Source: Scyliorhinus canicula | Taxonomy: Eukaryota | Length of the DNA stretch: 64,000 bases | Direction: 5' to 3' | Assembly (NCBI RefSeq): GCF_902713615.1 | Contig: NC_052151.1 | Coordinates: 220,746,863 to 220,810,862 of the forward strand | Shown: one piece after another, positions 34,716-46,454 of the stretch | How positions within the stretch are numbered: the stretch's first letter is position 1 | How the letters are laid out: the number at the start of each line of letters is the position of its first letter | Made by a program: the position numbers and the translations under genes | The notes under the pieces: model-generated | Seen by the model: the letters and a program-made list of their open reading frames with translations, nothing else | The model's database searches: none | Told to the model about the DNA's origin: nothing

Positions 34716-36432
34716 TTATCGTTTATTAATCAAATTAATAATTGATGTAACTGGATATTTCACCGCGCTCTTCAACTGGTCTCTGAATTGGGACTGAGTC
34801 ACCACATAAATAAATGTGTTTGTGCAGCAACTTAAATTCCGCAGCATATTTCCAATTCTTCCAAAGGTATAATAAGAATCACTATCTAACCCATTTGCAA
34901 CACCAAAAAAATATAAAAGGTACACCAACCACAGAAGTATGAAGCTGCCGGATATGCTGAAGAGTAAAACAATAGACTTCCTTCTGCTCTCCATCTCAGG
35001 GTCACTCTGATTCTCTCCCTTGCTCTGGCCCCTCAGTGCCTTACGGACTCGACTGGTCACTAAAATGTGTCTGACTGTCAGAGCGTTAAGCAACAGAATT
35101 AACCCGAATGGTATCAATGGGGTTAAAGCCTTTTCAAACATTCTGAATCCAATCCATATCGGGTCAGTAAAATAGCTTCGTCTATTAGAACAGTACATTG
35201 GTACATTGTCGATGATCTTCCCAGGTTCAAATCGAAAGTACATTGGAATGTTTTTTAAAGAAAGTAAAATCCCGGCTGTTGCTAGAACCACGGCCGCAGT
35301 TTTCTTGGTGCAATATTTATATTTCAGCTTCTGCCAACAAATGGCAACAAATCGATCAAATGTGAAAGCGACGGTGAACCAGACAGAACAGTCCAGGGCT
35401 GCACGATTAAGAACATATTGAACTTCGCACAGAGGGGTGATCCGCAGGAATGTTAACTGGAAATAACTACCGTTGATTCGCCTGGTAATAACCTCAGTAA
35501 TAATGACCAGAAGATCTGCCGCTGACATTGCCACCAGGTATCGAGTGGTGCAGGTGGAGAGACCACAGTTTCCACGGGACAGGATAACGATTGCTATTCC
35601 GTTAACTGAAGGATAAAGAAGGCAAAATGGATGGAAATTACGGAAGTAATCCTCCGTGTCTGAGTATCGGCAGCATGGAATTTAACAGCAGTAAATTTTG
35701 GTTAGGATTGGATAAGATGTTACTCAATCTCAACCATTACCTAAGCTACCCTCCAAAACGTAGATTTCCAGTTACCCCTACCAAGGAGACATCGAGAACC
35801 AAATCATTCTGAGGTACAGCCTTGGGAAACTAGTTTAATCACTACCATAACGTTCTGTCATTAACTCTACTTGGAGTAAGAGTTAGATGTTCCCCCACAC
35901 TGAATATAGTGACAGAATGCCCAGGAAACGCATATATCTGTTGTCCAGTCTTGACTCCAGTTTACAATCCACACTCGGGGCAATTTTAAATTGACAAATA
36001 CCAGTACATGTTAACACATGATCACTGATGTCAGGTCTTCCGCTCCGGTTTAGTCTCACACATTCCACACAGCGTATGTCAATGGATAAACCTGGTAAGG
36101 TCAGGTTTCCTGGTTTGAGGTTTGGTTCAACAGGATACCACGTTGTGCTGAATGCAATAACTTAATCACACAGAGAACCTTCGAGCTAGAAAATGTATGC
36201 AGTATATATTTGCAGAGATTATTCGGGAAAACTAATAAATACACCTTATTGTAACGGCGTATGACAACAATAATTTGATCAAATTGAACTTGATCATTCA
36301 CATGATAATACCACAAAGAAGCTCATGCATAGATTTATTGTGCATTATGGGCTTTATACACTTACCAGGAACAGCAACTATGGCAAGAATCATATAGAAT
36401 ATTTTCATGATCCATTCAATTGTTTGATGCAT
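34716..36432 (-). CDS. GPR139-like orphan class A GPCR, copy 1 (318 aa). Exon 1 36366-36432, exon 2 34716-35605
   Basis: MHQTIEWIMKIFYMILAIVAVP + G|gtaag, ccttcag|TT NGIAIVILSRGNCGLSTCTTRYLVAMSAADLLV; 7TM with FTFDRFVAIC (DRY-like), TPLIPF, SCCTNTFIY (NPxxY-like); 67+890 nt = 957 nt, in frame. Confidence 0.9.
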
Positions 36433-37069
36433 TTTCTGTTTTAAGTGAATCTGTTCCCTGATCCACCATACAATGTCTCTGAAGTAAGATGTGAGGTAAT
36501 ACATTCCCAAAACATTAACTTTATACATTTGAGTATCTCCAAGGAGATAGTGACGTTTCAATATTGTTCAAACTGTTTTTTTCAACCTTAGATCAATTAC
36601 AACATCTGCGTAATTCCCAGCTGTGAATAGGCGAGGCTCTGAGACTTAATTAGAAAACAACATACCTCATAAACTGCTCAAGTATGATTATATTAAATAA
36701 TAAATTATAATTGGAAGCTGTGTTAAACAGCGGTAGAAATGTTCCTTGATCACATATTGTTTCAGAGATGACATTCACTCTGACTGACCATTTAGAAATT
36801 CAATCATTAATGTCAGAGTTTTTCTTCAGATACCCTGTACTCTGGAATTTGGGTGTTCTATTTAGATGGGGCAAGTCGATTCAATGATTAATTGAATGAA
36901 AATATCACAGAATGTTTACAGACCTGCTGTTGGCTATTTGGGGCGTCTGTACAGCAAGATCAGCTCAGCTAATCTCAATTTCCCGTCTCCTCGTCATTGT
37001 GCTGCAAATCGCCTCTCCAGTTGCTTATTCAATTTGCTTCTGATTTCAATCTGTTCTACCAAGTGAATC

Positions 37070-37158
37070 GTTCACCGGAGGAAGGAGCAGTGTTCCGAAA
37101 GCTACTGATTTGAAACAAACCTGTTGGACTTTAACCTGGTGTTATAAGATTTCTTACT
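37070..37158 (+). mobile_element. Penelope-like element terminal fragment with a hammerhead-like motif
   Basis: accggaggaaggagcagtgttccgaaagcta..gaaacaaacctgttggactttaacctggtgtt; second copy inverted at 39068-39147. Confidence 0.5.
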
Positions 37159-37164
37159 GGTGAT

Positions 37165-37508
37165 TTAAAATTAATAACAGTGGTGACTTTAACCTGATGT
37201 GCTTCTGGTACGAGGTGTTTCAAGTCTCATGGATGTTAAAAGGAAAGCTTAAAGGATTCCTTAGTGTTCTATTCTTTGGGGGTTGAATTTGAATTAATGG
37301 TTGCTGAGATGTTTACTGTATGTTTCAAAAAGATTAACTTGAGTTCATAGAATAAACATTGTTTTGCTTTAAAAAATACTTTTCCATTTCTGCTGTACCA
37401 CACCTGTAGAGTGGGCTGTGTGCTCCTCATACTACAATCTATTAAAAGTTGTGGGTCAGGTGAAATCCATGATACACTTTGGGGTCCACTAAACGCTGGT
37501 CCATAACA
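37165..37508 (+). mobile_element. LTR-like fragment
   Basis: Contains aataaa and ends ..ccataaCA; family assignment from recall only. Confidence 0.4.
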
Positions 37509-37894
37509 GTAGCAGTACAATACCCTATCTGAAGATTCAAAAGTTGCAAAAGAATGAGAAAAAGTAAAAGGAGTCTCCTCCCGTTCTGCACATAATTTCC
37601 AATCTGTGGGAAATTCCTGAGTTTCAAACTCACTCTGGCTTTGTCTCACTCCAAATGTGGTCTCCCCCACTGCTCGTGTACAGGAGTTTAACTTTCGACT
37701 CGTTCACCATATTCCAACATATAATTATAGCATGGTTCATCTTGTCGCGGCCTCAACATCACTTTCCTCCCTGCCCCGACATCTGCTGACTCCCATGTAA
37801 ATCAGAAAATGGACTACATTCAGTCACCAAGCCACTGCTCTGTATCCAAGTGAACTCGAAATGCTCAGGAGACGTCAGCAGCAGAGATTAGAAT

Positions 37895-38145
37895 AGAATA
37901 TAGAACAGTACAGCACAGAACAGGCCCTTCGGCCCTCGATGTTGTGCCGAGCAATGATCACCCTACTTAAACCCACGTAACCCGTATACCCGTAACCCAA
38001 CAATCCCCCCATTAACCTTACACTACGGGCAATTTAGCATAGCCAATCCACCTAACCCGCACATTTTTGGACTGTGGGAGGAAACCGGAGCCCCCGGAGG
38101 AAACCCACGCACACACGGGGAGGACGTGCAGACTCCACATCGACA
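37895..38145 (-). mobile_element. HE1/V-SINE copy (5'-truncated, same subfamily as 18330)
   Basis: Reverse complement near-identical to 18400-18665. Confidence 0.85.
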
Positions 38146-38267
38146 GTTACTGAAGGCCTGAATTGATACTGTCACTGAAAGTATCTACCTTCTTAATTTA
38201 AGTGCCCTAAAAGCTACAAAATATTATTTAGTTACTCCATTGCATGAGGCAGGGGCATTGGGGAGGC

Positions 38268-38545
38268 GGTGGCCTCGTGGTAGTGTTACTGGACTAGTAA
38301 ATGAATGCTCTGGGGACGTGGGTTCGAATCCCACCACTGCAGAATCCTGAAATTTGAATTCAATAATAACAGTCTGGAATTAAAAGTCGAATGATGACCA
38401 TGAAACGATTGTCGTAAATACCCACCTGGTTCAGTAAAGGCCTTTAGGGAAGGAAATCTGGCATCCTTACCTTGTGAACCCATAGCAATGCGGTTGAATC
38501 TTAACTGCCCTCATAAGGGCAAGAACAAATGCCCAATAAATGCTG
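38268..38545 (+). mobile_element. LF-SINE-like element
   Basis: tRNA head (ggtggcctcgtggtagtgttactggactagtaa..ggttcgaatcccacc) and core cacctggttca.taa.g.cctttagggaaggaaatct matching the LF-SINE consensus as recalled. Confidence 0.65.
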
Positions 38546-39067
38546 GGCACGCCTGCGACGCCCACGTCACATGAACGAATGAAAACAAAAATCTGTTTTA
38601 ACATAACATTGAATATTAATTGTCTCCACTTCAGTGCACTTCTTTCTTCAAAAGAGTAATTTAAAGATCAACGTTCTCTTCTGGGCCTTAAACACGAGTC
38701 AACGCTACCTTCTCCAAACATCTTGAATTACCAAACAGAGTAGTCACATGGTACCAAGAGTGGTCATCAATGTAGTCCTGTCAGATTTAGAAGGGTCTAA
38801 TCCCGAGGGAAAAAGTCTGGCGAAAGAAAATCGAAGTGGAGTCAATGCCGGGAGGTGGGTGAGTGGTTTAAGTTTTCATGTGTGGGGTGGAAATGTGGGA
38901 GGGTCATTGAGCTACCATTCTCATTCTGACTTATCTTTTTTCCTTTTTTCTGAGAAGTATTTCTCCTCAACATAATGAAGGACTCTTTGTAGGACTAACC
39001 ATACAGGTTCACACATGGATTGAGGAACGACCCATCGAATTAGTCTTGTCTCAAATTGTTTTTTTTC

Positions 39068-39147
39068 AGTAAGAAGTCTTCCAACACCAGGTTAAAGTCC
39101 AACAGGTTTGTTTCAAACACTAGCTTTCAGAGCATTGCTCCCTCCGG
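39068..39147 (-). mobile_element. Penelope-like terminal fragment (inverted copy)
   Basis: Reverse complement ggagcaatgctctgaaagctagtgtttgaaacaaacctgttggactttaacctggtgttggaagacttcttactg. Confidence 0.5.
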
Positions 39148-39559
39148 TTTTTTTTCATTTTGGGAATAAAGAATTGTTAATTGGATTGGGAAATTGTATT
39201 GGATCTGGTCTCTGATCCTAGAAAAATACGTTCTATTGTACCTATCGTGCCTCCGGGCTGACTGGAAACGGGGAGGAGTGTTTCGGTGCACATCCGTACG
39301 TGGCAGCAAAATCCTACCCTCTATTGTGTCTGCTGATTGAGCAATGGCAGAAGCTACATTAGAATTTTGGCTTTGGCTAATTCCTTTATAGGTGGAGACT
39401 TCAATTAACACCATAACCCCGAGATGCACAAAGGTCCAGTAACCAACCCCTCCCCACAACCCAACCCAACAGACAGGGGCGCGAGCTTTGTTAATGAGGA
39501 TGTGGGGTTCTCAGATGTGGAGCACACAACATCCTCAGGACCAAGAATTCACATCTTTT

Positions 39560-40420
39560 CAGCTCCCCATGAATGACATACTACAATTCACTATTTCGTC
39601 ATATCAAGATCAATCAATCCTGTACTCGATGGGCACCTGCTCCATATGCAGAATAGGGATTTTCAATCAAGCTTGTTTTGTCAAGTTTTACTTGAGTTCC
39701 CCCCCCCCCCCCACCACCCCCACCCCACCCCCACCCCCACCCCACACCCTTCCGATCTAGGTTGTGAAGAGTGGGCGGTTCTCTGCTCAGGAACAAATTT
39801 AGTTCCACATATTCTAAGATGAAATTTGACATCTTCTGCTCGGTCAATCTGTCTCTGATGTGAGTCCTTCTATCCTGTGGGAAACTTGTCACGCTTTTGC
39901 TCGGGGGCAAGTCACTTCTAAAACAGCCCCCCCCCCCCCCCCCCAAAGGTGTACAATGCTGGAGCAGCTGTGCCAATTGATAGTAAAATTGGCCGCAGGA
40001 GAGAGGGAGAATGGCAGGTTGCTGTTGAAGGAAATAATCGAGCTGCACTGGACTCCTTGCTGATTCAGCAGGATGTGAGCAGTTTAAAGTTTGCGGAACA
40101 AAAGGTACATGAATTTGAAATCAAACCGAGTAGGTTCCTGGCCTTTTTGAGTTGGAAGAAGTGTCGCTCTAGGGCTATTCCGCATGTGCCGGATCCCAAG
40201 GGGAATAGACTGATCAATACTGAGGATATCAACAACGTTTGTATCCCAGTTTATCTAAATCAGGCCAGTTTGGGAATGCACTGACTCTAATGGAGTCAAG
40301 CTCCTAACGATCTCGGAGAACCAAGAGCTGGTCCTAAATGCCTCTATTTATCAAGGGGAAGGGGCTCTGTCATTGAAGGAGCTTCATCTATGAGGTTGCA
40401 GATTGCGGTTGAATACAATT
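39560..40420 (+). mobile_element. Decayed L1 ORF2 fragment
   Basis: SILWETCHAFARGQVTS and HEFEIKPSRFLAF parallel FWEALKAVLRGEII and YEHGDKASRLLAH in the intact L1. Confidence 0.6.
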
Positions 40421-40956
40421 CCGGTGCTGCTGCTGGCCCTCAACGCTCATGGATGCATTGTGATCACCACCTTACAAAGTTACAACTCCACAAAGAAAAA
40501 CAAATCAGCCCCAGCACCACACAATAGACAAAACATCAAAATTTCAAAAACCCAGCAAATATCTTCTCAAGTTCTTTAAGTATTCCAGCCCAGAAGGGTT
40601 GAGTTTTGACACATGACCACGCACAATGAATTTAGTCACCCTCGACCACCTTGACCTTTTCTCACATCGAGGATGTAGCAGATCAAACCTGTGTCTCTAT
40701 CTTCGTGTGTTATGCAGACCGTGTAATACCTGAAACTTCTAGTCTGTCACATATTGAAATTGTACAAGCATGTTGCGATATAATACCCCAATTCTCCGCA
40801 TCAATTCTGACTGAAAGGTCTTTTTCCAAAGACTGCGGTGCTTCCAATAAGCCCACACAGTACCTAGATCACAGTGTCATAAAATGTACTGAAAGCAGGT
40901 TTTGTTCCCACCAGGAACTTGAAGCGTCAAGATGCATAGTTGTCTTCTGAAGGATA

Positions 40957-43900
40957 TGATGTGTTGGGTACTCTGGATCTGTGGAGACTGTGGTTACCTT
41001 AGCAGTAACATAGACAGGCTACCAACACTTGTCATAATACAACTCTATTTTATTTAACTAAGAGTTGTTAAGCATCTTGCACTGTGGGTCGACCATATGT
41101 GAGATTGACTGAAGACCTATGCCTAACCTGACCAGCCTATACTGCTGGCACATGGTGGATATTTGTGCTACTGACTGCGGGCTCTGTCAGTCTCAGAGGT
41201 TTCATCCCGAATGAGCGATAAAACTAGTGCCCTCTGGCTTTATAGTGACCGTGCTCTAACTGGTGATTGGCTGTTTTGTTGTTGTGTGTTGATTGGTCTT
41301 GCAGTGTGTCAGTCAATGTGTGTCTCTGCACCATCATATACTGATGTGTATATTATGACATCCCCCTTTTTAAAAAACAATGTGTGTTCGTGGAAATAAA
41401 TAACGTAGTGTGTGAATGTTCCTTACTGTGTGTGGCATATGTGAGCATATTTACAGGACGATGTACAGGAACTCTAAGATATTTACATTGGAAGGTGTCC
41501 AGTGCAGATGGACAGTATGTAACACAAAAATATAACTGGAACAACAATATGTACAAACCAGTGAGTTAATGGAACAGGGTAACGAAACAATCAGTTCATG
41601 AGTTCAAAGAGTCCATGAATTTAGGCAGTTCATAAATTTAGTCTCTGAGGTAGGCGAGAATTCTGGTTGACCGCCTCAAGGGTGGGTCAGGGGCCGCCTG
41701 TTGTGGAATGGGCGGGAATGTGTCAGACTCAGAGGGCGGCAGAGCGAAAGGGAGATCAGCAAAGTCCGTAACGGGATCGTCGTGATGGCGAGGCTGGACA
41801 TGATGATCTGGTGGCGGGCGAGGAAGGAGTCGTAGTGCCCGCCTATTTCGGCGAAAAAGAGAGCCGTCTTGTAGACGAACCAAAAAAATTACCTGGGGGC
41901 CACGTATCTGAGTACCACAGCGGTGGCGGACCAACCACTATCGGAAAGTTGGACACGAACCTCCTCATCAGGAGTCAGAGCAGGGAGATCCGTGGCACGG
42001 TCGCCGTATGCCGATTTGTGTTGGGCCCGAGACAGCTGCATTCGGTGAAGGACCGGAAGTTGTCCAAGTCCGGGACACGAATGGCCGGCACCATCATCCG
42101 CAGCGTGCGATTCATCAATAATTGAGCAGGTGACAGGCCGGTGGACAATAGAGCTGATCTGTAAGCAAGCAGAGCGAGGTAAAAATCGGATCCTGCATCA
42201 GCCACCTTGCGCAGGAGTCCTTTGACAATGTGCACACCCTTTTCAACTTTGCCATTGGATTGGGGGTAATGGGGACTGGACGTGACATGTGTAAAGTTGT
42301 ATCATTTGGCAAATTTGGACCACTCCTGACTGGCAAAACACGGGCCATTGACGGACATGACCATGAGCGGGAAGCCATGGCGAGCGAAGGTTCCCTTGCA
42401 CGCACGGTTGACCGCAGTTGAGGTGAGGTCGTGCAGCCTAACTACCTCTGGGTAGTTTGGGAAATAGTTCACTATGAGGACATCGTCCCGGCCAAGTGCA
42501 TGGAATAGGTCGATGCCTACCTTGGTCCAGGGAGACGTGACCAACTCATGAAGTTGCAAGGTTTCCTTTGGTTGAGCAGGCTGGAAACGCTGGCATGTTG
42601 GGCAGTTGAGAATGGCGCTGGCTATGTCCTCGATGATACCAGGCCAGTACACTGCCTCACGGGCCCGTCGGCGGCATTTCTCCGCTCCTGGTGGCCCTCA
42701 TGGAGCTGCTCAAGGGCGAGGTTGGGCATGCTGTGCAGAATGACGATCCTGTCCAACTTAGTAGAATTCCATCTACCACCGCCAGGTCATCTTTAATGTT
42801 ATAGAATTGAGGGCATTGGCCCTTGAGCCACCCGTCTGTCAGGTGGCGCATAACACGTTGGAGCAGGGGATCGTTGGCCATCTCATGACAAATCTGGATG
42901 TCGGTCATCCGTAGCGGGCAGACTGGATGCAGCGAATGCCACCTGAGCAGCAATCTGGCACATGAAGCCCACTGGGTCGCAGGGTGTGGTAACGAATCGG
43001 AAGAGTGCATTGCGATGATGAGCTCCTTACCCGGGGTGTAGACGAGTTTGAAGCCATACCGCCTGAGCTTAAGGAGAATGCACTGCAGGCGCGGTGTCAT
43101 GTCATTAAGGCCTTTTTGAATGATATTGGCCAGTGGCCTGTGTTCTGTCTCGACTGTGAACTTTGGGAGTCCATAGACATAGTCATGGAAGTTGACGACT
43201 CTGGTAAGAAGGCCAAGGCACTATTTTTCAATTTGCAATTAGCGCTGTTCGGTGGGCGTCGTTGCACGTGATGCGTATGCGACAGGACCCCATGAGGAGG
43301 TGTCGTCACGTTCAAGGAGCACCGCTCCAATGTCGGACTGACTGGCATCCGTGGATATCTTTGTTTCTTTGTCCGGATTGAAAAATGCCAACACCGGGGC
43401 CTTGGTCAGCTTCGCCCTGAGTTCCCGCCATTCTTGTTCGTGGGCGGGGAGCCATTGGAACTCTGTCGTCTTCTTGATCAGGTTCCTGAGAGCCGTGGTG
43501 TGGGAGGCGACGTTAGGGATGAATTTCCCCAGGAAATTGACCATGCCCAGGAAGCGGAGGACCACCTTCTTGTCCTCCGGTGTCTTCATGGCCTTAATGG
43601 CAGATACCTTGTTAACATCCGGCTGCACGCCAAACTGTGAAATGTGGTTTCCGAGGAATTTAAGTTTTGTTTGGCCAAAGGAATTTTTTGCGCTGTTGAG
43701 GCGGAGCCATGCTCATGGATTCGTCGCAAGATGCGTTGGAGGCAATCACAGTGCTCCTGCGAGGTGGAAGACCAGACGATGATGTCGTCCACATATATGT
43801 GAACCGCTTCGTTACCTTCCATTATCTGCTCCATTATTCGGTGGAACACTTCCGATGCAGAGATGATGCCAATCGGCATCCTATTGTAACAATACCGGCC

Positions 43901-46454
43901 AAAAGGTGCAGAGCTTCCGACTGGATGCTTCAAGTTGGATATGCCAGAGCCCCTTGGATACATCTAGCTTAGTGACAAATGTGGCGCGAACCATCTTGTT
44001 GGTGAGTTCTTCGCGCTTTGGAATGGGACAATGTTCTCTCATAATATTGCGGTTTAGGTCCTTGGGATCAATATATATACGTAATTTGCCGGATGGCTTT
44101 TTTCACGTACACCATCGAGCTGACCCAGTCAGTTGGTTCTGTAACTTTCGAAATTACGCCCTGGACCTGGACTTCCTGCAGCTGCTGCTTGAGGCGGTCC
44201 TTGAGGGGTGCTGGTACCCTGCGAGGCGCGTACACCACAGGCGTGGCATTTGGTTTTAACAAGATTTTATAAGTGTACGGGTGTCTATCCATGCCCTCGA
44301 ATAGACCATGGTGTCCAGCTGTGACCGAAAGACAGCGTCCTGAGTTGCAGAAGAGTCAGCGGAAAACAGGGAGTGAACCCTTTGGACAAGGTTTAGGAGT
44401 TTGCACGCCTGAGCAACAAGCAGGGAGGTGTTAGTTGATCCCACTATTTCCAATGGCAGGTTAGTCTTTAATTTTTAAAAAAATTTAGAGTACCCCATTA
44501 TTTTTTTCCAATTAAGGGGCAATATAGCGTGGCCAATCCACCTACGCTGCACATATTTGGGTTGTGGGGGCGAAATCCACACAGACACGGGGAGAATGTG
44601 CAAATTCCACACGGACAGTGACCGAGAGCCGGAATTCGAAACCGGGTCCTCAGCACCGTAGGCAACAATGCTAACCACTGTGCCACCGTGCTACCCTAGG
44701 TTAGCCTTTAATAAATGGTGCGACACTTCAAGCTGGCAAGAGCAACTGGCAGCAATGGCATTACCCTTATAGTCCAGAAATTGGCAGGCGGAGGGCATGA
44801 TGGTAGGCTTGACATGGAGGCTTTCGAGGTCAGATCGCACAATGAGGTTATCTGAAGAACCGGTGTTCAGGCGGAATCGCATGCGGGATCGGATGACCGT
44901 GAGAGTGGCACACCAGTCGTCGTCCGGATAAATGGTGAATTTTGGGAGAGACTTGGCTTTTGTCTTCGGGAGCATCTTGTGTTTGGTGATGATGCCCACC
45001 CGAAATGGTGCTTTAGGGTCCTCGGTGTCAAGGTCCGGAATCAAGTTAGTCAGAATCGGTGACCGGTGGCTGGATGGAGCGACGAGAGGTGGTAGGTTGA
45101 GCAGACCTGCATCAGGCTGTTTCGTGGCCAAGCTTGCCACATTGGAGACAGTGTCGAGATTTTGTCGGACATTGCCGCTTTAAGTGGGTGGAGCCACAGT
45201 TGCCGCACGTCGTGATGTCAGAACGTTCGGTGCGCCACCGCGCATGCGCGGTGCAGTCGTACGTGGTGCGCAACTGCGGAGTGTGGTCTTCGGACTCGCC
45301 GTATCCTCGGTTAGTGCGCGGGAGTCCGCAAAAAGTGCACACATTGGCCGCCATCATCCAGGCTTATGCCCTGGAGTTGTTTAACGGCTTCCACCCGCTC
45401 TGCCTCGTGGGGACTTTGTCGCACCGTTTCAGCCGCTTGAATGTGCGAGTGTCGATTAGTGTTGTGTTCATGCAGAACGCAGGTCTCGATGGCAATCGCA
45501 AGGGTGAGCTGTTTAACCTTGAGGAGCTGCTGGCGTAGAGGGTCCAATTGCACACCGAAAATGATCTGGTCATGTATCATCTAATCGGCGGTGGAGCCAT
45601 AATTGCAGGACTGCGTGAGGATGCGAAGGTTGGTGAGAAATGATTAAAAAGTTCATCCATATCCTACAGACGCTGTTGAAAGACATAGTGCTCAAATCTT
45701 TAATTTAACTCGATATCACAGTGACTGTCGAATTTGAGCAGGACTGTCTTGAACTTGGACTTGTCTTCGCGTTCAGCGAAAGTGAGAGTTGAAGATGTGG
45801 ATGTCGTGGTCCCCGGCCGTGGAAAGGAAGCGATCAATTTTCCTTGCATCTGAAACAGCTTCCAGGTCTGTAGCTTCGAGGTCTGGCTGAAATCGTTCCT
45901 TAAAGATTTTCTAGTTCGCACCGAGGTTGTTGGTGATGCAGAGCGGCGTTGGAGGGCGGAGGCCTTCTATACTACTGGATGGCTGATTGCTGATCGAAGG
46001 CAGATCACTTGAAGTTAGGTCTATTATAGTCTAACATCACGTACTGGTACCATGATGTGTTGGGTACTCTGGATCTGTGGAGTCTGCGTTTACCTCAGCA
46101 GCAACATAGACAGGCTACCAACACTTGTAATAGTACAACTCTATTTTATTTAACTAAGAGCTGATGAACATACTTGCACTGTGGGTCGACACTATGTTAG
46201 ATTGACTGAAGACCTATGCCTAATCTGACCAGCCTATACTGCTAGCACATGGTGGATATTTGTGCTACTGACTGCGGGCTCTGATTGTCTCAGGCTGCAT
46301 CCCGAATGAGCGGGAAAACTAGTGCCGTCTGGATTTATAGTGACCGTGCCCTAACTGGTGATTGGCTGCTGTGTTTTGTGTGTTGATTGGTCTTGCAGTG
46401 TGTCAGTCAGTGTGTGTCTCTGCACCATCATATACTGATGTGTATATTATGACA
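40957..46454 (-). mobile_element. Full-span but defective Gypsy (Ty3) LTR retrotransposon: 3'LTR 40957-41360, 5'LTR 46053-46454, TSD GGATA
   Basis: LTRs TG..CA; PPT (aaaaaaggggga) at 41361-41372; PBS TGGTACCAG next to the 5'LTR; gag CCHC knuckles CGNCGSTHLKRQC / CLQCGKLGH; protease LNTGS (DTG mutated); RT YVDDII; RH TDASQ; IN PWTKVGIDLF; many stops and frameshifts. Confidence 0.92.
44472..44697 (-). mobile_element. V-SINE inserted into the Gypsy pol
   Basis: Flanked by aggttagtctttaa (44458-44471) and aggttagcctttaa (44698-44711), a 14-bp TSD with one mismatch. Confidence 0.85.
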
